The position numbers and the translations under genes were made by a program. This document shows positions 8,222 to 18,122 of a DNA stretch of 32,000 bases, one piece after another. Origin of the DNA: Synechocystis sp. PCC 6803 substr. PCC-P (lineage in GTDB: Bacteria > Cyanobacteriota > Cyanobacteriia > Cyanobacteriales > Microcystaceae). The stretch lies in NCBI RefSeq assembly GCF_000284455.1, contig NC_017039.1, positions 810,001 to 842,000 of the forward strand. The letters run 5' to 3'. Numbering within the stretch: position 1 is the stretch's first letter; every line of letters begins with the position of its first letter. The notes beneath the pieces are model-generated. The model was not told the origin of the DNA. It ran no database searches and saw only the letters and a program-made list of their open reading frames with translations.

Positions 8222-10234
8222 CTAGCTCAGGAGAGTTTTAGCTTTGGCCAGCACATTATCAACGCTGAAACCAAATTTCTCGAGGCAAACCCCGCCGGGC
8301 GCCGAGGCACCAAATGTTTCAATACTAACTGTATCTCCTTCCGTGCCCACATATTTGTGCCAACCAAAGTTGGTGGCGGCTTCTACGGAAAGGCGTTTGG
8401 TGACAGCCTTTGGCAACACTGACTCTTTGTAGGCGGCATCCTGGGTTTCAAACAGTTCCCAGGAAGGCATGGAAACTACCCGGACTTTCTTGCCTTGAGC
8501 GGCTAACTTTTCAGCAGCAGCCACACAAAGTTGTACTTCGGAACCCGTACCTATCAAGATTAACTCAGGAACACCTTCAGAATCAACAATGGTATAGGCA
8601 CCTTTGGCCACGGCATCAATGGAAGTTCCAGGCAAATTGGGTACCGCCTGCCGGGTCAAGGATAACAGGGTGGGGGCATTTTCCTTCGCTTTGGCGATCG
8701 CCACTTTGTAGGCACCGGAGGTTTCATTGCCATCGGCGGGACGAATCACAGTCAAGTTGGGAATAGCCCGGAGGGAAGCCAGCACTTCAATGGGTTGGTG
8801 GGTGGGACCATCTTCCCCTTGACCAATGGAGTCGTGGGTCATGACCCAAATTACCCCTGCCTCGGAAAGGGCCGAAAGGCGAATGGCGGCCCGCATGTAA
8901 TCGGTGAAAATTAGGAAGGTAGCACCGAAGGGTAGTAACCCAGAACCGTGGAGAGCAATACCGTTACAGATAGCCCCCATGGCATGTTCCCGTACCCCAA
9001 AGTGGACGTTACGGTTTTGATAAGCTCCTTTTTGGAAATCCCCAGAGCAGTGAAGTTCCGTTAGGTTGGAGTGGGTTAAATCCGCCGAACCACCAATTAA
9101 CTCTGGTAATACGGGGGCCAACGCATTGAGACATTCCTCGGAATATTTCCGGGTGGCCAAACCCTTTTGATCGGGGGTAAAGCTAGCTAGGGTTTTGTCC
9201 CAACCTTCCGGTAAAGCACCGCTCAGTTGCCGTTCAAAGGCGGCCGCTTCAGTGGGATATTTGGTTTTGTATTGGGCAAAGGCTTGGTTCCATTCCGCTT
9301 CGTAGCTGGCTCCCCGTTCAATGGCTTTGCGAGTGTAGTCCAACACCTCCTGGGGCACTTCAAAGGGAGCATAATCCCAACCCAAGTTTTTGCGGGTGGC
9401 GGCCACTTCATCAGTGCCCAAAGCAGCCCCATGGATGCCCGCGGTATCGGATTTATTGGGCGCACCGTAACCAATGATGGTGGTGACTTTGATCATAGAA
9501 GGTTTATCGGTTACGGCCTTGGCTTCCTCAATAGCCTTGGCGATCGCCGCCAAATCGGTATTGCCATCTTCGACATGGAGCACGTGCCAACCGTAGGCTT
9601 CAAAACGCTTGCTCACATCTTCGGTGAAGGCCACATCGGTGGAACCATCAATGGAAATATGATTGTCATCATAGAGGGCGATTAATTTACCCAAACCCCA
9701 ATGCCCTGCAATGGAAGCGGCTTCCCCGGAAATACCTTCCATATTGCAACCATCCCCCAGAATCACATAGGTGTAATGGTCCACAATGGTGGCATCAGGC
9801 TTGTTGTAGGTGGCAGCCAAATGGGCTTCCGCCAGGGCTAAACCCACACCATTGGCAATGCCTTGACCCAAGGGGCCGGTGGTGACTTCTACTCCAGCAG
9901 TGAGAAAATTCTCCGGGTGACCGGGGGTAGAAGATTCCCATTGACGGAACTGTTTAATGTCTTCGATGGTCACACTGTCATAACCCAGCAGATAGAGCAG
10001 GGCATACTGCAACATGGAGCCATGGCCGGCGGACAACACAAAGCGGTCCCGATTGAACCACTTGGGGTTCTTGGGATTGAACTTCATGAACTTGTTCCAC
10101 AGGGTAAAGGCCATAGGAGCGGCTCCCATGGGCAAACCAGGGTGGCCAGATTTGGCCTTTTCAATGGCGTCAACGGCTAAAAAGCGAATGGCATTAATAG
10201 AAAGTTCGTCTAAGGACTGGGTAGCAACGACCAT
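8222..10234 (-). CDS. tktA: Transketolase
   Basis: The 670-aa product is full-length and unmistakably matches the transketolase family: GHPG, the ThDP motif [10 protein letters not shown], and [17 protein letters not shown]. Confidence 0.97.
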   Translation of the reverse strand: MVVATQSLDELSINAIRFLAVDAIEKAKSGHPGLPMGAAPMAFTLWNKFMKFNPKNPKWFNRDRFVLSAGHGSMLQYALLYLLGYDSVTIEDIKQFRQWESSTPGHPENFLTAGVEVTTGPLGQGIANGVGLALAEAHLAATYNKPDATIVDHYTYVILGDGCNMEGISGEAASIAGHWGLGKLIALYDDNHISIDGSTDVAFTEDVSKRFEAYGWHVLHVEDGNTDLAAIAKAIEEAKAVTDKPSMIKVTTIIGYGAPNKSDTAGIHGAALGTDEVAATRKNLGWDYAPFEVPQEVLDYTRKAIERGASYEAEWNQAFAQYKTKYPTEAAAFERQLSGALPEGWDKTLASFTPDQKGLATRKYSEECLNALAPVLPELIGGSADLTHSNLTELHCSGDFQKGAYQNRNVHFGVREHAMGAICNGIALHGSGLLPFGATFLIFTDYMRAAIRLSALSEAGVIWVMTHDSIGQGEDGPTHQPIEVLASLRAIPNLTVIRPADGNETSGAYKVAIAKAKENAPTLLSLTRQAVPNLPGTSIDAVAKGAYTIVDSEGVPELILIGTGSEVQLCVAAAEKLAAQGKKVRVVSMPSWELFETQDAAYKESVLPKAVTKRLSVEAATNFGWHKYVGTEGDTVSIETFGASAPGGVCLEKFGFSVDNVLAKAKTLLS

Positions 10235-10356
10235 AATGTTTGGAAAAATAAACTAGCAATAATTGGGTCAATATCCACCGGGGGGCGGTAATGGTAGGGG
10301 CCAAGGCAGGCCAAATTGCTACCATCTTCCCACGGTTCGGGAAATTTTTCGGTGGG

Positions 10357-11607
10357 CTATTGATATTTTTTGAAAGCTAAGGTGACGTTATGGCCACCAA
10401 AACCAAAGGAGTTGGATAGGGCTACATCCACTATTAAAGCCCGACTCTGCCCCGGCACATAATCCAAATCACACTCAGGGTCGGGGTTCTCCAAATTAAT
10501 GGTGGGGGGTACCTTATCTTCGGCGATCGCCATTACGGTGGCCACCGCTTCGATACCTCCGGAGCCGCCCAACAAGTGACCGGTCATAGACTTAGTAGAA
10601 CTAACCGCAATATTGTAGGCATGATTTCCCAACGCCTGTTTAATGGCACGGGTTTCCGTCACATCGTTAGCAGGGGTGCTGGTACCATGGGCATTGATGT
10701 AACTGACCATTTCCGGTTTCAATCCGCTGTCTTTTAAGGCCCAGGCGATCGCCCTGGTGGCTCCCCGACCATCCGGCACTGGGGCGGTAATGTGATAGGC
10801 ATCACAGGTCATGGCATAGCCCACCATTTCCCCATAAATTTTTGCTCCCCGGGCCAAGGCGGATTCCAATTCTTCTAGGATCAAAATGCCCGATCCTTCC
10901 CCCATCACAAAACCATCCCGGTCCTTATCGAAGGGACGACTGGCATGGAGGGGATCATCATTGCGGAAAGATAAAGCCCGGGCCGAAGCAAAACCTGCAT
11001 AGCTCAGCGGGGTAATGGCCGCTTCCGTGCCACCGCAAATCATTGCCTTAGCATAGCCATTTTGCACCAAACGAAACGCATCTCCAATGGCATTGGAACC
11101 CGCCGCACAGGCCGTCACCGTACAGTTATTGGGACCCTTGGCCCCTAAGTTGATGGCGGTTAACCCAGAGGCCATGTTGGCGATCATCATCGGGATCATA
11201 AAAGGACTGCAACGGCTAGGACCCTTATCCAACAGAATGGTTTGTTGATCTTCCAGTACTTTCAAACCACCAATGCCCGTGCCAATCAATACCCCGATTT
11301 CATCGGCATTGAGTTCGTTAATCACCAACTTAGCATCGTTAATTGCCTGTTGACTGGCACAAACAGCAAAATGGCAAAACCGGTCCATCCGTTTAGCTTC
11401 TTTGCGGTCAAGAAACTGGGTAGCATCAAAATCCTTTACTTCCCCTCCAAAACGGCAGGCTTGGTCACTAGCATCGAAACGGGTAATGGGGCCAATGCCG
11501 TTACGACCCTCCATTAAGCCTTGCCAATAGTCTTGGAGAGTATTACCGATGGGGGTGATGGCTCCCAATCCCGTTACAACAACACGTTTCTTTTCCAAAT
11601 TTGCCAT
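10357..11607 (-). CDS. fabF: 3-oxoacyl-ACP synthase II (KAS II)
   Basis: The sequence MANLEKKRVVVTGLGAITPIG ..., the active-site Cys in TACAAGSNAIG, and the HGTSTP and GHLLG motifs are present. The ATG at 11607 is chosen over the track's upstream TTG at 11697. Confidence 0.95.
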   Translation of the reverse strand: MANLEKKRVVVTGLGAITPIGNTLQDYWQGLMEGRNGIGPITRFDASDQACRFGGEVKDFDATQFLDRKEAKRMDRFCHFAVCASQQAINDAKLVINELNADEIGVLIGTGIGGLKVLEDQQTILLDKGPSRCSPFMIPMMIANMASGLTAINLGAKGPNNCTVTACAAGSNAIGDAFRLVQNGYAKAMICGGTEAAITPLSYAGFASARALSFRNDDPLHASRPFDKDRDGFVMGEGSGILILEELESALARGAKIYGEMVGYAMTCDAYHITAPVPDGRGATRAIAWALKDSGLKPEMVSYINAHGTSTPANDVTETRAIKQALGNHAYNIAVSSTKSMTGHLLGGSGGIEAVATVMAIAEDKVPPTINLENPDPECDLDYVPGQSRALIVDVALSNSFGFGGHNVTLAFKKYQ

Positions 11608-11804
11608 GGTACTTAATAGATAGAATCGGGGAGGGGACTCCCCTGGAGTTCTCCGCAAAGATACAGCGACGGGGCCAGGGCCTAGCCCGAGGGGCAAACT
11701 GATAAACCCAAAACCGGCATTGGGGCAGTCCTAAACAGTGGCTTAAACCGTCCGAGAACTCGGCTCCAAAGATCTATGGGGGGAGTCGGGGCTATGGCCG
11801 GAAT

Positions 11805-12038
11805 TTATTTACTTTCGATATGCTCAACGGCTTTGCCCACGGTATCAATGGTTTCCGCCACTTCATCGGGAATTTCAATATCAAACTCTTCTTCCAGGGC
11901 CATGACCAATTCCACTGTATCGAGGGAATCAGCCCCTAAATCTTCGGCAAAGGTGGCATCGGGGGTCACTTTGTCAGGATCCACTTCCAACTGTTCCACG
12001 ACGATTTTTTTTACTTTTTCAAAAATTTCCTGATTCAT
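11805..12038 (-). CDS. acpP: Acyl carrier protein
   Basis: The 77-aa product has the phosphopantetheine site [13 protein letters not shown]. The ATG at 12038 is chosen; the track ORF carries a 15-codon upstream extension. Confidence 0.97.
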   Translation of the reverse strand: MNQEIFEKVKKIVVEQLEVDPDKVTPDATFAEDLGADSLDTVELVMALEEEFDIEIPDEVAETIDTVGKAVEHIESK

Positions 12039-12247
12039 TACAATACCTTTAACTATAAAAGAAGAGTTTTCGTGCTGGGTCAACGGCCGATCGCCAGCAA
12101 AACGGGGGACAGCTTGGGGCTGTCGCAGGGCCGCCTGGTTAGCAATGCGCTCAATTGTTCAGCGTTAACCATCTTAACGGAAAGGTATCCCTTGCACTAG
12201 ATGCTTCCCCTGTCCCTTGGCCAGAAACATTTGTCAAATAGGGGCTT

Positions 12248-12679
12248 CTATTCTCCCCAGTGGGGCAAGATTTTTTCTATGTAACTCAACCGGGCCAGGG
12301 CAAAGAGAATGGCCTGCCAATTTGGTTGCTGGGTATCTCCTAGGCACAGTAATTGTTCCTGGGGGCAACCGATGCGACCAGGGCTAGACGAAAATGTGAG
12401 TGAGGGATCGATGGCCAAAACTTCACTTTTTTTCTCGGGCACAACACAAAATTCATAGCCTTGGGAACGTTTACCATCCTCTGGGCCCATCAATCCATAG
12501 ACATCGATAACCCCTAGAGGAAATTGGATTTTATCCAAATAATTGGGCACCTTTGCTGTCAGTTCTGGGACGTCAGCGGCGATCGCCATGGGAACGGGAA
12601 CATATCCATAACCTCCACTAAGGCTGAAGCTGGCTATGGTCAAAATTGCTAAAAAAAGGCGATTTACAGTTGATGCCAT
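12248..12679 (-). CDS. Hypothetical exported protein (143 aa)
   Basis: ATG start and a hydrophobic N-terminal leader. It begins 36 nt downstream of the preceding small gene. I recognise no family. Confidence 0.5.
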   Translation of the reverse strand: MASTVNRLFLAILTIASFSLSGGYGYVPVPMAIAADVPELTAKVPNYLDKIQFPLGVIDVYGLMGPEDGKRSQGYEFCVVPEKKSEVLAIDPSLTFSSSPGRIGCPQEQLLCLGDTQQPNWQAILFALARLSYIEKILPHWGE

Positions 12680-12715
12680 ATTTTTAGATTAAACTTGGTC
12701 ATTTACTCGGCGTTC

Positions 12716-12961
12716 TTAATCCGAGACTTCCGTTTTTTCTTCCTGAGGCCGAATCACTTCCAAATACTGGCTTTCCAACAGAAAAGTGCCTCGGTCAAAC
12801 TTTACTCCCCAATAGCCAGCCGGTCGACGGTCTACCACCATTCCCTCCGCGGCGATCGCCAATAAATCCGGAGGACGGAGCATGGGCATGGGATCAGCGG
12901 TTTTCAAATAGGGGGGACGGGCAATTAAACGAACTGGGGCACCGACAAACAAATCAGCCAT
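12716..12961 (-). CDS. Small conserved cyanobacterial/plastid-lineage protein, DUF3148-like (possibly the SipA histidine-kinase-binding protein family)
   Basis: The 81-aa product contains VGAPVRLIARPPYLKTADPMPMLRPPDLL, a motif I associate with DUF3148/SipA. This assignment rests on memory only. Confidence 0.55.
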   Translation of the reverse strand: MADLFVGAPVRLIARPPYLKTADPMPMLRPPDLLAIAAEGMVVDRRPAGYWGVKFDRGTFLLESQYLEVIRPQEEKTEVSD

Positions 12962-13148
12962 ATTGGTTCAGTTTAAGGTCAGAGAGGGACACTTCCTTTG
13001 AGAAAAAGGCAATTTTCCCAGGGGTAAAACATTAAAACAATTTAAACAATTTATTGCTGTCCCAGTAAATAACTCCGTCGTCGGACCGTGAATGGGTAAA
13101 AATGGAAACAACAACATCAAACAAAACTCCACATCAGAGGATAACAAC

Positions 13149-13622
13149 ATGGAAGGCAACCTGGAAGTCAGACAACATCTCAACCAAGCGTTAAAGCTAC
13201 AACTTACTGCGATTAACCAATATTTTCTCCATGCTCGCATGTGCAAAAATTGGGGGCTGAACGCACTTAATCAGTACGAATATAAAGTATCCATCAAGGC
13301 AATGAAGCAGGCCGATAGCCTGATCGAGCGGGTTTTATTTTTGGAAGGACTCCCCAATCTCCAAAATTTGGAAAAACTTCTCATCGGCGAGACGGTACCG
13401 GAAATCCTGGGCAATGATCTGACCATGAACCAAGGCATTAGGGATGGTTTAGTTAACAGCATTGCCTTCTTTGAAACCCAACGGGACTATGTAAGCCGGG
13501 ATGTGTTGTCGGAAATTCTTGAAGAAACAGAAGAACAAATTGACTGGTTAGAGTCCCAGCAATGGCTTATCAGTAATTCTGGACTGGAAAATTATCTCCA
13601 ATCCATGATGGGGGAAGAGTAA
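13149..13622 (+). CDS. bfr: Bacterioferritin paralog (haem-ligand type, ferroxidase ligands replaced)
   Basis: The 157-aa product aligns without gaps to E. coli Bfr ([40 protein letters not shown]). The ATG at 13149 is preceded by AGAGGA. The track ORF starts 19 codons upstream. Confidence 0.9.
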   Translation: MEGNLEVRQHLNQALKLQLTAINQYFLHARMCKNWGLNALNQYEYKVSIKAMKQADSLIERVLFLEGLPNLQNLEKLLIGETVPEILGNDLTMNQGIRDGLVNSIAFFETQRDYVSRDVLSEILEETEEQIDWLESQQWLISNSGLENYLQSMMGEE

Positions 13623-13637
13623 ACCAAGATATGGTTA

Positions 13638-14228
13638 CTACGGATAGAGCACTTCTCCTGTCATAGTGCCTTCTAAGCTATGAACATAGGCTTGGGCCAC
13701 TGTTGCGGCTGGTAATCCGTTGCCCAGGGGCATTCCTAGTGAGAGCAAGGTTTCGTTGACCCAGGGAGGACTAACAACGTTAATGCGAATTCCTCTCGGG
13801 GCTTCCAATGCCGCTGCCCGCACAAAGCCTTCCAACCCAGCATTGGTGAGACTGACAGCACTGCCCCCGGGAATGGGTTTTTGGGACAAAACCCCGGACG
13901 TAACAGTAATACAACCATTGTCCGTCAGCGCCTGTAAACCATAGCGGATCAGATTGACCTGTCCCATGAGTTTACTGCCTATGCAAAATTCAAAATCTTG
14001 GTCCGTTAGACCGGCCAGGGGCTTCAACCGAGTTTCCCCTGCTGCCGAAACGATAGCGTTTAATACCCCTACCTGTTCAATCAAAGCCTGGATAGACGCT
14101 GGATCAGTGAGGTCTACCGAAAAATGACTGCCCTGGCGACTGGCCTGTAACACTTCGTGTTTACCTTGAAGACTGGTGACAATAGCCTTGCCGATGGTAC
14201 CGGTGGCGCCAATGATCAGGATGCGCAT
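13638..14228 (-). CDS. Short (196 aa) atypical SDR-family NAD(P)-binding protein
   Basis: The Rossmann motif MRILIIGATGTIGKA is present at the ATG at 14228. The protein resembles the ~200-aa short-chain dehydrogenase group. There is no YxxxK catalytic motif. Confidence 0.8.
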   Translation of the reverse strand: MRILIIGATGTIGKAIVTSLQGKHEVLQASRQGSHFSVDLTDPASIQALIEQVGVLNAIVSAAGETRLKPLAGLTDQDFEFCIGSKLMGQVNLIRYGLQALTDNGCITVTSGVLSQKPIPGGSAVSLTNAGLEGFVRAAALEAPRGIRINVVSPPWVNETLLSLGMPLGNGLPAATVAQAYVHSLEGTMTGEVLYP

Positions 14229-14335
14229 GGAAAAATCTTGTGGGAGATTATTTTTAGTCCAGTCTGGCACTGTACCACTGTCCCCCGCAACCCACAACAA
14301 TTCACCATGGGGTAAAAACTCATTAAGCTGCCAAT

Positions 14336-14370
14336 AAAAAACTCCCCCTAATCTGGCCGACTAAGGGGAA
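14336..14370 (-). terminator. Candidate Rho-independent terminator downstream of rplY
   Basis: The minus-strand RNA UUCCCCU-N14-AGGGGGA forms a 7-bp stem with one G.U, followed by U6. It lies about 110 nt after the rplY stop. Confidence 0.45.
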
Positions 14371-14482
14371 TCGCAAATTCAGGGTTAAGATTTGGACAAA
14401 GTCCGTCAACATCCCCAACCCAACTATTTTTTCCAATGCTTTCTAACGTGTTTCATCATCCCCAGGAACCTAGGGGATACCG

Positions 14483-14779
14483 TTATTTTTTACCGGCAAA
14501 AAAAGCCAAGTGGTAAAGATTCCGGCGCCAAGGATGGCACTGAATCTCCTGCACTACGGCTTCCCCTTCCCAGGAAAGATGGGGGATTTTAACTTCAATG
14601 GGGGTTTCTTTAACAGTCACACTCCGCAACATGGTGATGGCGGTTTTATGATCCACCACTAGGGAAATGGATTCTGCACCATTGTGTCCATAGAGGGTCG
14701 CGGGAATTAAACCTTCCCGACGCAAAGCTCTAGGATTAACTTTTTCGGGACGTTGTTGACATTCAATGGAAAGGGCCAT
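14483..14779 (-). CDS. rplY: 50S ribosomal protein L25 (short, L25-domain-only form)
   Basis: The 98-aa product matches the L25 pattern (RALRREGLIPATLYG ... VQEIQCHPWRRNLYHLAF). The ATG at 14779 is chosen. An alternative ATG at 14839 would add 20 hydrophobic residues. Confidence 0.8.
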   Translation of the reverse strand: MALSIECQQRPEKVNPRALRREGLIPATLYGHNGAESISLVVDHKTAITMLRSVTVKETPIEVKIPHLSWEGEAVVQEIQCHPWRRNLYHLAFFAGKK

Positions 14780-14838
14780 GGTAATACTCGTAAAAATAAT
14801 AATCAGGGTTAACAAAGGAAAGGCAATTTTGGGCCACA

Positions 14839-16176
<1,338 letters not shown>

Positions 16177-16178
16177 TT

Positions 16179-16207
16179 ATTATAAGAAAGTTCACACAAA
16201 CTATCAC
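16179..16207 (-). promoter_or_regulatory. Candidate sigma70-type promoter immediately upstream of purA
   Basis: On the minus strand: GTGATA (16207-16202), a 17-nt spacer, then TATAAT (16184-16179). The -10 box ends 8 nt before the purA TTG. Confidence 0.3.
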
Positions 16208-16324
16208 TATTGCACTTTTGGGATTTGATGTCAACGCCTAGCGCACTTTTTTTCTGGAGCGCCACCCACGATCTCTTGTTGCTATATCGATTCTGAAAAT
16301 AAATTCTCGGCGTTCCGTGGTCAA

Positions 16325-16504
16325 TTAGCCCCAATGATCGAGAAGGAGATCCAACTGGGAGGTATTGATTAGACCATACTGCCAAAAAATGACTGGTAGA
16401 TAGGAGGGCATGGCCTCGGTTTGTTTCAGTCCCCAGGCAATTTGCTCCGCTGACAGTGAAAATTCTTTTTTTAATAGTTGAATAAAATTTTGGGACACTA
16501 CCAT
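16325..16504 (-). CDS. DUF2949-family small cyanobacterial protein (59 aa)
   Basis: The C-terminal pattern LPVIFWQYGLINTSQLDLLLDHW is typical of DUF2949. The ATG at 16504 is preceded by AGGAG. The track's start at 16522 is a TTG. Confidence 0.65.
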   Translation of the reverse strand: MVVSQNFIQLLKKEFSLSAEQIAWGLKQTEAMPSYLPVIFWQYGLINTSQLDLLLDHWG

Positions 16505-16544
16505 GGACTGCTCCTGGGGCAAGAATTAATTTTTGCTGGCAACT

Positions 16545-16664
16545 CTAGTAACGACGGTCACTATGCTCAACTCTGATGGCGATCGCCTGGGGGGCGACAC
16601 TGGGCCGGAGTTGTTGGAATAGGGCGAAACCTAGGACTAGGAAAGCGCAGACGGCAATTAACAT
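16545..16664 (-). CDS. Candidate unannotated small membrane peptide (39 aa): MLIAVCAFLVLGFALFQQLRPSVAPQAIAIRVEHSDRRY
   Basis: I translated this by hand from ATG 16664 to TAG 16545. It has one hydrophobic helix plus a charged tail. Its embedded HIP1 copy is in the Ala-Ile-Ala frame. It ends 40 nt upstream of the DUF2949 gene. No clear SD is present. Confidence 0.3.
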   Translation of the reverse strand: MLIAVCAFLVLGFALFQQLRPSVAPQAIAIRVEHSDRRY

Positions 16665-16763
16665 ACAATTCACTTTGTAAACTTATGTTAACAATCCTAT
16701 AAGTTTCTCTCATAATCTGCAATGGGGTATTTACCGACCTTGGGCAGAGCTTTCCTAGCCAGC

Positions 16764-16791
16764 AAAAAAACCAGACCGTGAAAACGCCTGG
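16764..16791 (-). terminator. Candidate Rho-independent terminator of the rplM-rpsI-rpmE end of the ribosomal cluster
   Basis: The minus-strand RNA CCAGGC-GUUUUCACG-GUCUGG forms a 6-bp stem with one G.U, followed by U7. It lies about 100 nt after the rpmE stop. Confidence 0.5.
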
Positions 16792-16891
16792 CTGAAAAAG
16801 AATCTAAAAAGTCATTAAGTTAAGGTCTAATTTTCCCGAAGGCAGACCATGGGGGAATCCTAGAGAAAATAAGAAGAAGAAATCCGTTTAC

Positions 16892-17137
16892 CTATTTCTT
16901 TTTCTTATCTTGTTTGTCTCCGGTGGTTTTTTCCTTCATGCCATACTTACGCATAAAGCGGTCAACACGGCCTTCGGTATCAATAATCTTCTGGGTACCA
17001 GTGTAGAAGGGATGGTTGCCAGACCAGATCTCTACGTTGATTTCTGGCTTGGTGGAACCAACGGTCATAATCACCTCTCCGTTACAGGTGACTTTGGCAT
17101 CGGGATACCAGGTGGGGTGAATATCAGCTTTGGGCAT
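16892..17137 (-). CDS. rpmE: 50S ribosomal protein L31 (non-zinc C-minus form with Lys-rich tail)
   Basis: The sequence is [11 protein letters not shown] ... HPFYTG ... [11 protein letters not shown]. The ATG at 17137 is chosen. Confidence 0.95.
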   Translation of the reverse strand: MPKADIHPTWYPDAKVTCNGEVIMTVGSTKPEINVEIWSGNHPFYTGTQKIIDTEGRVDRFMRKYGMKEKTTGDKQDKKKK

Positions 17138-17189
17138 GGTCAGTCCTAATAATTCCAATAGAGGGGTACGGGTAAATCCAAATCTCCAA

Positions 17190-17603
17190 TTAACGCTTGG
17201 AGTACTGAGGCGCTTTACGGGCTTTGTGGAGACCGTATTTTTTCCGTTCTTTCGCTCGGGGATCCCGGGTGAGATAGCCTTCCGCTTTCAAGGGTTGACG
17301 ATTTTCGGGGGAAAGTTGGCACAGGGCCCGGGCCACACCAAGCTTCACAGCATCAGCTTGGCCGGTTAGGCCGCCACCATGGGCATTAACCAAAATATTG
17401 TATTCCCCTTCTAAGCCCAGGGTTTCGAGGGGAGCTTTCAAACTTTGGATGTAGTTGGCAATGCGGTTGAAATAAATTTCCCCAGGCTTGCCGTTAACAA
17501 TCACTTCCCCCTGACCGGGCACTAGACGTACCCTGGCGATCGCCGCTTTACGACGGCCGGTGCCCCAATAGACGACTTTGTTGCTGGAATCGTTAGCTTG
17601 CAT
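17190..17603 (-). CDS. rpsI: 30S ribosomal protein S9
   Basis: [19 protein letters not shown] and the C-terminal KAPQYSKR are present. The ATG overlaps the rplM stop (TAATG). Confidence 0.97.
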   Translation of the reverse strand: MQANDSSNKVVYWGTGRRKAAIARVRLVPGQGEVIVNGKPGEIYFNRIANYIQSLKAPLETLGLEGEYNILVNAHGGGLTGQADAVKLGVARALCQLSPENRQPLKAEGYLTRDPRAKERKKYGLHKARKAPQYSKR

Positions 17604-18058
17604 TAGTTAGCTCCTGCAGGAATGGTATTGATAACAAGGGTTTCTGGCTGTTGGGCCGCGTGGGGATGGCTCGGGCCAGCGTAGACTTTTAGCTTGGTGA
17701 ACAACTTACGACCGAGGCTATTTTTGGGCAACATTCCCCGCACAGCACTTTCAACAATTCTTTCCGGTAGACGAACTTGGAGTTTTTCAAAGGTCTCTTC
17801 CTTCATCCCACCGGGACGGCCAGAATGGCGACGATACAGTTTTTGCTCCCGTTTTCTGCCGGTAACTTCTATTTTTTCCGCATTAATGATAATGACAAAA
17901 TCACCGGTGTCCATGTGGGGAGTAAAGGTAGGCTTATTTTTGCCCCGCAGAATGGTGGCCACTTCGGTAGCCAGACGGCCGAGGCGTTGACCTTCGGCAT
18001 CAATGACGTACCATTTGTGGTCTAGGTTGTCGATGGTTGGTAATACAGTTTTGTTCAT
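17603..18058 (-). CDS. rplM: 50S ribosomal protein L13
   Basis: [16 protein letters not shown] is present. The ATG at 18058 is chosen over the TTG at 18067. Confidence 0.95.
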   Translation of the reverse strand: MNKTVLPTIDNLDHKWYVIDAEGQRLGRLATEVATILRGKNKPTFTPHMDTGDFVIIINAEKIEVTGRKREQKLYRRHSGRPGGMKEETFEKLQVRLPERIVESAVRGMLPKNSLGRKLFTKLKVYAGPSHPHAAQQPETLVINTIPAGAN

Positions 18059-18122
18059 AGTTTTCAAAAATACCCCCGCTTAATAACGGGACATAATTAT
18101 TTGCCTTGCTAATTTGGCTTGG

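Noticed and set aside
10235-10356. Nested GC hairpins (GGTAG...CTACC and ACCG-GGGG-CGGT) between fabF and tktA
   Set aside because: The stems are short (4-5 bp) with no U-tract. I cannot distinguish them from chance in a GC-rich spacer.
12968-13246. A 92-aa minus-strand ORF spanning the bfr promoter and 5' end
   Set aside because: It is antisense to the well-supported bfr gene, its sequence is Cys/Leu-rich and unstructured, and it has no RBS.
14456-14476. A hairpin, ATCCCC-AGGAACCTA-GGGGAT, abutting the rplY stop
   Set aside because: On the minus strand it is not followed by a U-run. On the plus strand the T-run lies within the rplY coding sequence, with no upstream plus-strand gene to terminate.
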